Below are positions 1-8,801 of a stretch of DNA of 49,486 nt, one piece after another. The notes under the pieces are model-generated. The model saw only the letters and a list, made by a program, of their open reading frames with translations. It was not told the origin of the DNA and made no database searches. Position 1 is the stretch's first letter. Each line of letters starts with the position of its first letter. A program made the position numbers and the translations under genes. This stretch comes from an uncultured Rhizobiaceae bacterium (lineage in GTDB: Bacteria; Pseudomonadota; Alphaproteobacteria; Rhizobiales; Rhizobiaceae): assembly GCA_964514045.1 (NCBI GenBank), contig CAZEPF010000002.1, positions 1 to 49,486 of the forward strand, in the 5' to 3' direction.

Positions 1-431
1 GCGAGATGAAGGATATGGCGATTGTTGGTAATATCGGTCACTTTGATAATGAAATTCAGGTTGCAAATCTTCGTAACCTGAAAATGACAAACATTAAAGA
101 TCAGGTCGATATGTACGAAATGCCATCCGGTAATCGTATGATTTTGCTTTCGCAGGGTCGTTTGTTGAACTTGGGTAATGCAACGGGTCACCCATCCTTT
201 GTGATGTCTGCATCCTTTACGAACCAAGTGCTTGCACAAATCGAGCTTTGGACCAAAGGGGATGAGTATGGCAACGAAGTTTACATCTTGCCTAAGCATC
301 TTGATGAGAAGGTTGCTCGTCTGCATCTTGAGAAAATCGGCGTGAAATTGACAGAATTGTCAAATGAACAGGCTGATTATATCGGTGTAACCACAGAAGG
401 CCCTTATAAGCCTGAACACTACCGCTATTGA
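1..431 (+). CDS. ahcY: adenosylhomocysteinase, 3' fragment (N-terminus lies upstream of the window)
   Basis: The frame of ORF 6..431 is open to the window edge. [41 protein letters not shown] and the terminal KPEHYRY are conserved C-terminal blocks of SAH hydrolase. Confidence 0.9.
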   Translation, partial: EMKDMAIVGNIGHFDNEIQVANLRNLKMTNIKDQVDMYEMPSGNRMILLSQGRLLNLGNATGHPSFVMSASFTNQVLAQIELWTKGDEYGNEVYILPKHLDEKVARLHLEKIGVKLTELSNEQADYIGVTTEGPYKPEHYRY

Positions 432-460
432 TCTGAGAATTTCAGACCACAATATCTAGT

Positions 461-496
461 AGCTACGGGCCTTTATTGGCCCGTAGCTTTTTTTTG
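461..496 (+). terminator. Rho-independent terminator of ahcY
   Basis: Perfect 11-bp stem AGCTACGGGCC/GGCCCGTAGCT (461-471/478-488) with a 6-nt loop, followed by a T8 run at 489-496. It lies 30 nt after the ahcY stop. Confidence 0.85.
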
Positions 497-629
497 TTCA
501 AAGGTCTTCACGCAGAATCTCTATTTGTTTATTGTTGAAAAACAAAAGCTTCCACGATTCGGCTGACGTTTTGAAGGAAGATATGAAGGCAGGGCAGCAA
601 CAGATTCGAGCGGCGAGAGGATCTAAAGC

Positions 630-3290
630 ATGCCAGCGGGAAGACCTACACATCGTGCAGGTTGCAATACGGGACTGAAATTACTGTCCAGCAGATTCTG
701 GAAACCGTTTGCGCGTGTTTCTGGGAATAGTAAAACTTTGCCCGCGCTACGAAGCAATTCCTTTGGTAGAAATTTTCGGCAAATCCTGATGGCAAGTTCT
801 GCCTTGTCAGCCACATTGTTGGGTGTTTCTCCAGCATATGCTGTAACCGGTGTCAGTGAAATTCTGGGTAATGCACTTCAAAGTATGGATACAAATGCCA
901 CGCTAATGCTTGCTGTTTTTGGCGGTGCCATGAGCTTTGCATTATTGTCTGCGATCTGGATGATCCGTGAACGCAGTCGCATTGTGCAAGAAAATCAAAA
1001 GCTAAAACGTGGGCTGACAGAGCTGCGTGCGCTTAGTGATCGTAATTCGGCAATTGCAGGAATGCCGGGTCAATATACGATTGTCTGGAATAACGCGCAG
1101 GAAGCGCCGATCATACTTGGGCAATTACCTGACAAGTCGGCTATTCCATCAGACCATGACCAGCTATTGGCGTTTGAGCGTTGGTTAAGTGCAGATTCTG
1201 CCTCCTTGTTTGACGCTATGCTTGCAGAGCTTCGAAGTGACGCCAGAAGTTTCAAAACCGCTTTGCGCAATAAAGAAGGTGAACTGGTTGAGGTGATCGG
1301 CAACACCACTGCAGGATATGCGTATGTGAAACTTGCAGATTTGAGTGCCGAGCGAAAAGAACATGCGCGATTACAATCGCAACATGACAATCTTCAAGCA
1401 ACATTTTCAACATTAGAAAGCCTGCTTCAAAAGCTTCCTTTGCCTGTGTGGATGCGCCGTGATGATTCAAGCCTGTCATGGGTCAATCCGGCCTATGCCC
1501 ATGCGGTTGATGCGCAAACACCGCAAGAGGTAGTGAAGAGTGACGCAGAATTGTTTGATGCAAATCTGAAAGAGCGGCTTTCTTCGCAAGACAATGATGC
1601 TCTCTTCATGGAAGAGGTTCGTGCAACCATTGCGGGCGACCGCAAGCCACTTGATGTGTTTAACGTGAAGTCAAAATCAGGCAGTGCCGGAATTGCCTTT
1701 GATAAGAGCGACCTTGATCAAGTTCGAAAAGCGCTGGAAGAAACCAATGATGGTCATTCCAAAATGCTGGACCAACTGGCAACGGCGGTGGCGATTTTCG
1801 ACAAGTCGCAGAAGCTTGTGTTTTTCAATTCCAGCTTTCAGCAGATGTGGAAACTTGAACAGGCGTTTCTGGATTCGCAACCCTCCAATTCTGAATTATT
1901 GGATGCGATGCGTGACGTGAAATTGTTGCCGGAGCATCCGGACTGGCGCAAATGGCGCGATGAACAGGTTAGCATTTATCAAGCTTTGGAATCCCGTGAA
2001 GAGTGGTGGCACCTGCTGGACGGACAAACGGTGCGTGTGGTTTCGGCCCCGCAAAATACGGGTGGATCAAACTGGATTTTCGAAAACGTAACCGAACGGC
2101 TGGCGCTTGAAAGTAATTATAATGCGCTCATTCGTGTTCAGGGTGAAACGCTGGATCACCTCAACGAGGCTGTTGCTGTGTTCGGGTCAGACGGTAAATT
2201 GCGATTGTTTAATCCGGCACTGGAAGCACTGTCGTTTGAGCTTGGTTTAGAGACACAGGAAAATATCCATATTTCTGCGATCATTGAAAGCTGGTCAGGT
2301 GCGGTTACCAATCCCGAACAATTGGTAGAAATTCAGGGCAAGGTAACTGGTCTTGATGATACGCGTGACGAGATACGGGGTCGTATCAATGTTACCCAAG
2401 GCCAGGTGCTTGAATATTCTGTCGTGCCATTGCCGGAAGGGCAATCCATGCTGACATTCGCTGATGTGACAGCAACTGTGAAGTTTGAAAATGCCTTGCG
2501 TGAACGTGCAGAGGCACTTGAAGAGTCCGATCTTCTGAAAAGTAAATTTATAAACCGTGTTTCGTACCAACTTCGTGCTCCCCTCACCAGTATTTCAGGG
2601 TTTGGAGAATTGCTTGCAACACCGGAACTTGGTTCGCTCAATTCCAAACAGGATGAATATTTAGGGCATATCAATTCTGCCGTTTCTGTTTTGCGGACCT
2701 TGGTAGATGATATTCTTGACCTTGCATCAATTGATGCAGGCACGATGCGGCTTGATCTTCAAAAAGTGGATGTGCAATCAACTGTTGATAGTGTTTTGCT
2801 CACCCATGTGGATGTGATGAAAAGCAAAGGTTTGAAGGCGGAAGTTTCTGTCGAAAAAAGTGCTGCCATGCTCAACGCGGATCCAGAGCGTTTGGAGCAA
2901 ATTCTGGATAACCTGATTTCTAATGCGGTTACTATTTCACCAGATGGTGGCACGATTTCTATCAGAGCTAAATGTGATGCTGATGAAATCGAGCTTGAGA
3001 TTGCTGATGAGGGTCCAGGCATTGCCGAGGCTGACCGCGATAAAGTGTTTGACCGTTTTGAGGCACAAGTAACAACGAATGGCCGTCAGGGTTCTGGCTT
3101 GGGTCTTTCTATTGTTAAGGGTTTTGTTGAACTGCATGGTGGCAAAATTTCCATTAAGGAAAATGTTGAGCGCGGTGCGTGTTTTGTTTGTGCATTCCCG
3201 ATTGGTGAAAAGTCAAAGCAAACGCTTGATGATGCGCCAGACACAGATGCTGGATCAGATATAAGCGATCCGGCAGTTGCTGCCGCCTAA
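630..3290 (+). CDS. divL: DivL-type PAS-domain sensor kinase homologue with Tyr in place of the phospho-acceptor His
   Basis: 886-aa ORF with one N-terminal TM segment (LMLAVFGGAMSFALLSAIWMI) and a long PAS-like region. The DHp H-box reads FINRVSYQLRAPLTSI where the canonical form is SHELRTPL. The HATPase_c domain is complete (DNLISNA, DEGPGI, FDRF, GSGLGLSI). It sits next to ahcY, as I recall for divL in Agrobacterium. The true start is probably ATG 789 or 885, because the first 53 codons are Arg-rich and unlike a protein N-terminus. Confidence 0.75.
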   Translation: MPAGRPTHRAGCNTGLKLLSSRFWKPFARVSGNSKTLPALRSNSFGRNFRQILMASSALSATLLGVSPAYAVTGVSEILGNALQSMDTNATLMLAVFGGAMSFALLSAIWMIRERSRIVQENQKLKRGLTELRALSDRNSAIAGMPGQYTIVWNNAQEAPIILGQLPDKSAIPSDHDQLLAFERWLSADSASLFDAMLAELRSDARSFKTALRNKEGELVEVIGNTTAGYAYVKLADLSAERKEHARLQSQHDNLQATFSTLESLLQKLPLPVWMRRDDSSLSWVNPAYAHAVDAQTPQEVVKSDAELFDANLKERLSSQDNDALFMEEVRATIAGDRKPLDVFNVKSKSGSAGIAFDKSDLDQVRKALEETNDGHSKMLDQLATAVAIFDKSQKLVFFNSSFQQMWKLEQAFLDSQPSNSELLDAMRDVKLLPEHPDWRKWRDEQVSIYQALESREEWWHLLDGQTVRVVSAPQNTGGSNWIFENVTERLALESNYNALIRVQGETLDHLNEAVAVFGSDGKLRLFNPALEALSFELGLETQENIHISAIIESWSGAVTNPEQLVEIQGKVTGLDDTRDEIRGRINVTQGQVLEYSVVPLPEGQSMLTFADVTATVKFENALRERAEALEESDLLKSKFINRVSYQLRAPLTSISGFGELLATPELGSLNSKQDEYLGHINSAVSVLRTLVDDILDLASIDAGTMRLDLQKVDVQSTVDSVLLTHVDVMKSKGLKAEVSVEKSAAMLNADPERLEQILDNLISNAVTISPDGGTISIRAKCDADEIELEIADEGPGIAEADRDKVFDRFEAQVTTNGRQGSGLGLSIVKGFVELHGGKISIKENVERGACFVCAFPIGEKSKQTLDDAPDTDAGSDISDPAVAAA

Positions 3291-3301
3291 GGCTGGTTTG
3301 A

Positions 3302-4780
3302 ATGATCACTCGTAATCACCAAACTGAAGATCAGGTCGTCCGGTTTGCTGCTGACCTTGCAATGGCGGTTAAGCCTGGTGATCTGATTTTACTTTCCGGT
3401 GATCTGGGTGCTGGAAAAACCACTTTTGCGCGGGCGTTTATTCGTCAGATGGCAGAGCTGGAAGAGCTTGAAGTGCCTAGCCCAACCTACACGATCAGCC
3501 AATCCTATGATACGCGCGTGCCAGTTCATCATATGGATTTATACAGGATTAACGGGCTGGATGAGTTGGAAGAAACCGGATGGACTGACCTTGCTGAGAC
3601 AGGGTGCGTGTTAATGGAATGGCCGGAAAATTGCTTTGACGAGTTTCCGGAAAATGCAATTCATCTTTCCATTGTTCAAGATGGTCTGGATGCGCGCGTG
3701 CTTACTTTGAAGGCTCCGGCGGATACCCTCACCAGAATTGAGCGCAGTTTTGAAATTCGTGCGTTTCTGGATGCTAATGGTTACAAAGATTGTGACCGGA
3801 AATTTTTAACAGGTGACGCTTCCGCGCGTGCCTATGAGACCATTGGTGATCAAGACACGATCATGATGAATGCGCCTGCAATGCCGGATGGTCCGCCTGT
3901 TCGCGATGGCAAACCTTACAGTCAAATTGCAAAGCTTGCAGAGGACGTGTCTGCGTTTGTCGGTGTTGATCAGCTCTTGCGCGAAAATGGACTTCAAGCA
4001 CCTGAAATCTATGCCGCAGACGTAGACAACGGATTACTGCTTACCGAAAACTTCGGCGCAGCTACCATAATTGACGATAAGCGTGCGCCAATAGTGGAAC
4101 GCTATGAAGCATCTGTCGAACTGCTTGCCCATATGCACGGATTGGAATTTGCCAGTAAAATCGAATTTCAGCGCGGTAAGGTTCACACTATTCCACCGTA
4201 TGATCATGAAGCGATGATGATTGAGGCAGAGCTGCTACTTGATTGGTATATTCCGCATGAAACAAGTGCAGACAAAGATAAGGAGAATGCCCGCTTCAAG
4301 CAAATCTGGACTGATCTGATCGGGATTGTATCCGCCCACCCAAAAACGATCACACTGCGCGATTACCATTCACCCAATATTATCTGGATGGATGACAATT
4401 CCGGAATTGACCGTGTGGGTCTGATCGATTTTCAAGATGCGGTACTGGGTCCACAAGCATATGATGTTGCTTCTGTTATCCAAGATGCACGCGTTGACGT
4501 TTCGCAAGACTTGGAAACGCGCTTGCTGGATCACTATATAAAATGTCGTAAAGGTGCGTCGCCTGACTTTGATGAAGTTGAGTTTAGGGCAAGCTTAGCC
4601 ATCATGGCAGCGCAGCGAGCGACCAAGATTTTGGGTATTTTTGTTCGTCTAGATGTTCGCGATGGCAAGCCAAATTATAGGGTGCATATTCCGCGGATGC
4701 TTGATTACCTCGGTAGGAGCATCAAACACCCGGTTTTGGCCGACTATCGTGATTGGCTAAACACTGTAATGGAACTGTAA
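3302..4780 (+). CDS. tsaE: bifunctional TsaE (t6A ATPase) / aminoglycoside-phosphotransferase-fold kinase (AmgK-like anomeric sugar kinase)
   Basis: Single 492-aa ORF. The N-terminal ~140 aa carry the TsaE P-loop LSGDLGAGKTTFARAFIR and the SPTYT and HMDLYR blocks. The C-terminal ~340 aa begin with LTGDASARAYETI and contain the APH-fold catalytic region RDYHSPNIIW...IDFQDA. Confidence 0.8.
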   Translation: MITRNHQTEDQVVRFAADLAMAVKPGDLILLSGDLGAGKTTFARAFIRQMAELEELEVPSPTYTISQSYDTRVPVHHMDLYRINGLDELEETGWTDLAETGCVLMEWPENCFDEFPENAIHLSIVQDGLDARVLTLKAPADTLTRIERSFEIRAFLDANGYKDCDRKFLTGDASARAYETIGDQDTIMMNAPAMPDGPPVRDGKPYSQIAKLAEDVSAFVGVDQLLRENGLQAPEIYAADVDNGLLLTENFGAATIIDDKRAPIVERYEASVELLAHMHGLEFASKIEFQRGKVHTIPPYDHEAMMIEAELLLDWYIPHETSADKDKENARFKQIWTDLIGIVSAHPKTITLRDYHSPNIIWMDDNSGIDRVGLIDFQDAVLGPQAYDVASVIQDARVDVSQDLETRLLDHYIKCRKGASPDFDEVEFRASLAIMAAQRATKILGIFVRLDVRDGKPNYRVHIPRMLDYLGRSIKHPVLADYRDWLNTVMEL

Positions 4781-4838
4781 CAATTGAGGCGCATACGGCG
4801 CATCAAGACCGTTAAGAAAAATTAGTAAGGAAATTGCT

Positions 4839-5594
4839 ATGCCACATTTTAAGGTGGTTAAACCAACAGCTTTTAAAAAGGTTCCCCGCAAAGCAATGGT
4901 GCTTGCAGCAGGTCTTGGAACCCGTATGCGTCCGCTCACTGATACTGCTCCCAAGCCAATGATTGAAGTGTTTGGTAAGCCCTTGCTTGATCATGCACTT
5001 GAAGCACTTGAGCGTGTGGGTGTTGAAGAAGCGGTGGTGAACGTACACTACCTACCGGATCAAATTGAAGAGCATCTGCATAAACGCAAAGGAATTTCGA
5101 CGGTTATTTCTGATGAACGTGAGATGCTGCTGGATTCAGGTGGGGGGATCGCCAATGCACTTCCGCATCTGGGTAATGATCCGTTTTACGTATTGAACGC
5201 AGATTCATTCTGGGTAGAGGGTTTTAAGCCCAACCTGTTACGCATGGCTGAGTTTTGGGATCAGCAAAGCATGGATATTTTGCTTCTGCTTGCAGGCACA
5301 GCCAATGCTGTCGGGTTCACGTCACGCGGAGATTTCACAATGGACCCTGATGGTCGTTTGACCCGCCGTGCTGAATCTAAGATTGCGCCGTTTGCCTATG
5401 CGGGTGCTGGCATATTAAAGCCGGAGATTTTTAAGGATGGCGTAAAGGGAGCGTTTTCTTTGAACCGTCAGTTTGACGATGCTCTTGAAACCGAGCGCAT
5501 GTTCGGGTTACGCCTTGAAGGTCTTTGGCTTCATGTGGGCACGCCTGATGCAATTGTGGAAGCAGAAGACGCGATTGCAAAAAGCGCAGCTTGA
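4839..5594 (+). CDS. murU: sugar-1-phosphate nucleotidyltransferase, MurU-like (N-acetylmuramate-1-P uridylyltransferase candidate)
   Basis: The N-terminal AMVLAAGLGTRMRPLTDTAPKPMI is the classic NTP-transferase G-rich loop. The protein is 251 aa and lies directly downstream of the AmgK-like kinase. Confidence 0.65.
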   Translation: MPHFKVVKPTAFKKVPRKAMVLAAGLGTRMRPLTDTAPKPMIEVFGKPLLDHALEALERVGVEEAVVNVHYLPDQIEEHLHKRKGISTVISDEREMLLDSGGGIANALPHLGNDPFYVLNADSFWVEGFKPNLLRMAEFWDQQSMDILLLLAGTANAVGFTSRGDFTMDPDGRLTRRAESKIAPFAYAGAGILKPEIFKDGVKGAFSLNRQFDDALETERMFGLRLEGLWLHVGTPDAIVEAEDAIAKSAA

Positions 5595-5699
5595 TGGGAA
5601 ACTTCTCTTAAGGTTACGCTCAAGCGTGACGAGTGGGAGAGCGGCATTTCTGAATCAGCAAGTTTAAGGTCCAAGTCGGCATTACCAGCATCCGGCAAT

Positions 5700-8600
5700 G
5701 TGTTTTCAATTCCGGCAGGAGCTGATTTTTTACAGGTTCTTGTTGATCGCCTGATGTGCGGAGACCTTGTGTCGGGATATTGCCCGCAAGATGATCCGCT
5801 CATTCTTTCTGACGCAACGGTCTATGTGCCAAATCGGCGTGCTGCGCGCGCCCTATCCACGTCATTTCTGGCAAGGCTTGAAGGGCGTGCAACCCTGCTT
5901 CCCAAGATTAAAACGCTTGGTGATATTGACGATTCTGAATTTGGTCTGGTTTTGGAGGGGGAAGATGCTCTCCACGATAAGCCATCCATTGGTTCGCTTG
6001 AACGAAAGCTTGAACTCGCGCGTTTGATCCAGAAATGGAAAGATACAATTGCTGGAAACTCCCTGCGTCTGTTTGGGGATGAGGAAATCAGAATTCCCAC
6101 CAGCCCGTCTGATTCCATTTTGCTCGCAGAAGAATTGGGCAATCTTTTAAGCCAGATTACACAAGAAGAAGTGAGTTGGAATACGGTTGATGAACTGGTG
6201 CCGGATGAACATGCAGATTGGTGGGGTCTTACGACTTCCTTCTTGCAGATCATTATGGAAATCTGGCCAAGGCATTTGCAAGAGAAAGGATTGGTCGACC
6301 CCGCGCAACAGGCGATCACGCTTTTGAAGCGACGGGCTGCCTGGTATTGGGAACACGGTCACGACAAGCCTGTTATCGTGGCAGGTTCAACGGGTTCTGT
6401 TCCGTCTACTCAACTGCTGCTTAGAACAGTTGCCGGCCTTCCAAAGGGTGCGGTTGTTTTACCCGGTGTCGATTTTTCCATATCGGATGAGGAGTGGAAA
6501 CGGCTTTCCAGTTCAACACTGATTGATGATCCTTTAATTGAATCACAGCCCCAGTTTGGTTTGGCGCGAACCTTGGAATTTCTTGGGTCCGAGCGCGGTA
6601 ATGTTACTAATTTATCGCAAGTGACAGGTGATCTTAACACCCGTAACAAATTAGTCAGCCTGTCCTTGGCGCTTTCGGACTTTAGTGCGTCATGGGTCGG
6701 GGCAATTGAGGAGTATTCCAAACAAGAACTCGAACAAGCATTTGATCATGTCAGTCTGATTGAGGCGATCAACGAACGGCAGGAAGCGTTAGCGATTGCT
6801 GTTGCACTACGTGAAACCCTAGAGAGCGAAGATAAAACGGCGGCACTTGTCACGCCGGACCGGAATCTGGCGCGGCGGGTTTCGATAGAATTACAGCGCT
6901 TTGGAATCTTGATTGATGATTCTGCTGGCGTGCCTTTGTCCAATACTGAGGCGGCATTGTTTATCCGTCAGTTGGTCGACGCTATTTTTGTGACTGTTTC
7001 AAATGCAGGGCTGACGGCGTTTCTGAAAAACCCATTGCTTGCTGCGGGCTTTCCCAACCATCATGCAATACGGTTGGCGCAAAATTTTGAGCATGCTGCG
7101 TTACGTGGGCAGATCCACTCGCCCAAGATAGGTAAGTTTCATGAGTTTCTCACATTACGAAGAAACCGGCTGGCCAATGAAAAACATATAGCCCCGCGCA
7201 TACGCTCGTTTACAGATGAAGACTGGAAGCATTTGCTTGCGTGGTCACAGAAAATAGATTTATTCTTGGCACCCCTAGTTGAGCTTGCGTCTAGCAAGGG
7301 TACAATCTCACTAGGCCAGATTTTTCATGTTTTGCGGTCTGTTCTCTCTGAACTGGGAAGAGATGAGGAAGAGCGCAGCACTTTGTCATCGGCAAGTGGT
7401 GCAGAAGACATTGAAACCCTCTTTCGCCAAATGCAGGAGGGTAGTGCTGGCGAGTTCACGCTACTGCCAGAAGAATTTCCGGCAATACTGGACGCCTTAT
7501 TTTCCAGTATGATTTCGCGCAGTGGTGCAAACTCGCATCCACGCTTACATATTTACGGGCCGCTTGAAGTGCGTTTACTAAACCATGATCGTGTAATTCT
7601 TGCCGGCTTGAACGAAGATACATGGCCGCAGAATTTCAGGAGTGATCCTTTTCTTAATCGGACCCTGCGGCGTCAGTTGGGGATGCCATCGCCCGAGCGG
7701 CGAACAGGATTGGCAGCGCATGATTTTCAGCAATTGATGGCGTCCCGCGAAGTTATCCTGTCTCGATCGGGTCGCGTCAATAAGGCGCCGACTGTTGCCT
7801 CACGCTGGATACAACGCCTGTCAGCATTGCTTGGTAACGAGCTTTCAAAAACATTGAAGATGCGTGGTGATGTCTATTTACGGTTAGCCGATATGATGGA
7901 TGAGGCTGAGGAGAGAAGTCCACGTCAGGCGAGACCTGCGCCAACACCTCCGGTTAAAAACCGTCCTAATGAATTGCCTGTAACAGATATTGAAACGTGG
8001 ATACGTGACCCTTACGCGCTGTATGCAAAACGGGTTTTGAAACTGTCACCGCTTGATCCGCTAGAGCGTGAACCTGATGCTTTGCTAAAGGGGACGCTCT
8101 ACCACAAGATAATGGAGGTTTATGTTCTGGACGGTGGGCCTGATCTGCCAGTCGATGAAAGATATGAGTTCCTCAATGCGATTGCCAATAGGTTGATTGA
8201 AGAAGAAAATCTCGCTGACGAAATCGCTAAACTCTGGAAACTGCGCTTTGGGCAAATCGCTGATGCGTATCTTGCTTGGGAAGTAAGCTATCAAGAAACA
8301 TATGGCCCTCATAAAATCCTGACCGAGATTAAAGGCTCGATTGATATAGTTGATGACGGGTTCACCCTGACTGCACGCGCTGACCGTATTGATATCATGG
8401 CAGATAACAGGTCGCATTTGTTTGACTATAAAACCGGAAGCTCGCCATCGCCTGCACAGGCAAGATCACTTTCCCCGCAATTGGCACTTGAGGCATTGAT
8501 TGTTCAAGAGGGCGGATACCCCAATGTGGAAGCACAGATGGTGGCTGATATGCGGTATCTGCGATTGAAGGTGAAAGAGAAAATTGGAGCAGAAAATATT

Positions 8601-8801
8601 GAAGGTAAAAACGATACGCTTGAATCAATTATCCTGAAAGCCTCGATGAATTTGAACGCTATCGTTGCTGCATATCGTGATCCGGACCAAGGATATGTGT
8701 CTCGCCATGCGCCGTTTAAGGATGGTGAAATGGGTGGCGACTATGACCACCTTGCGCGGGTAAGAGAATGGTCCTTTGGCGAGGATGATGACGATGAGTG
8801 A
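5700..8801 (+). CDS. addB: double-strand break repair protein AddB, alphaproteobacterial type
   Basis: 1033 aa with a GTG start and N-terminus MFSIPAGADFLQ lacking a P-loop. The C-terminal PD-(D/E)xK nuclease block reads ARADRIDIM...HLFDYKTG. It overlaps the following addA. Confidence 0.85.
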   Translation: MFSIPAGADFLQVLVDRLMCGDLVSGYCPQDDPLILSDATVYVPNRRAARALSTSFLARLEGRATLLPKIKTLGDIDDSEFGLVLEGEDALHDKPSIGSLERKLELARLIQKWKDTIAGNSLRLFGDEEIRIPTSPSDSILLAEELGNLLSQITQEEVSWNTVDELVPDEHADWWGLTTSFLQIIMEIWPRHLQEKGLVDPAQQAITLLKRRAAWYWEHGHDKPVIVAGSTGSVPSTQLLLRTVAGLPKGAVVLPGVDFSISDEEWKRLSSSTLIDDPLIESQPQFGLARTLEFLGSERGNVTNLSQVTGDLNTRNKLVSLSLALSDFSASWVGAIEEYSKQELEQAFDHVSLIEAINERQEALAIAVALRETLESEDKTAALVTPDRNLARRVSIELQRFGILIDDSAGVPLSNTEAALFIRQLVDAIFVTVSNAGLTAFLKNPLLAAGFPNHHAIRLAQNFEHAALRGQIHSPKIGKFHEFLTLRRNRLANEKHIAPRIRSFTDEDWKHLLAWSQKIDLFLAPLVELASSKGTISLGQIFHVLRSVLSELGRDEEERSTLSSASGAEDIETLFRQMQEGSAGEFTLLPEEFPAILDALFSSMISRSGANSHPRLHIYGPLEVRLLNHDRVILAGLNEDTWPQNFRSDPFLNRTLRRQLGMPSPERRTGLAAHDFQQLMASREVILSRSGRVNKAPTVASRWIQRLSALLGNELSKTLKMRGDVYLRLADMMDEAEERSPRQARPAPTPPVKNRPNELPVTDIETWIRDPYALYAKRVLKLSPLDPLEREPDALLKGTLYHKIMEVYVLDGGPDLPVDERYEFLNAIANRLIEEENLADEIAKLWKLRFGQIADAYLAWEVSYQETYGPHKILTEIKGSIDIVDDGFTLTARADRIDIMADNRSHLFDYKTGSSPSPAQARSLSPQLALEALIVQEGGYPNVEAQMVADMRYLRLKVKEKIGAENIEGKNDTLESIILKASMNLNAIVAAYRDPDQGYVSRHAPFKDGEMGGDYDHLARVREWSFGEDDDDE

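Noticed and set aside
630-788. N-terminal extensions of longest-ORF calls: divL 630-788, trpF 18107-18190, sdhB 40887-40949, leuC 48739-48765, sucA 29887-29916, uppP 20891-20932, qor 38090-38131 and the NDUFA9-like gene 23516-23560.
   Set aside because: The extensions overlap neighbouring genes or add atypical residues ahead of family-typical N-termini that begin at an internal ATG. I treat them as artefacts of maximal ORF extension.
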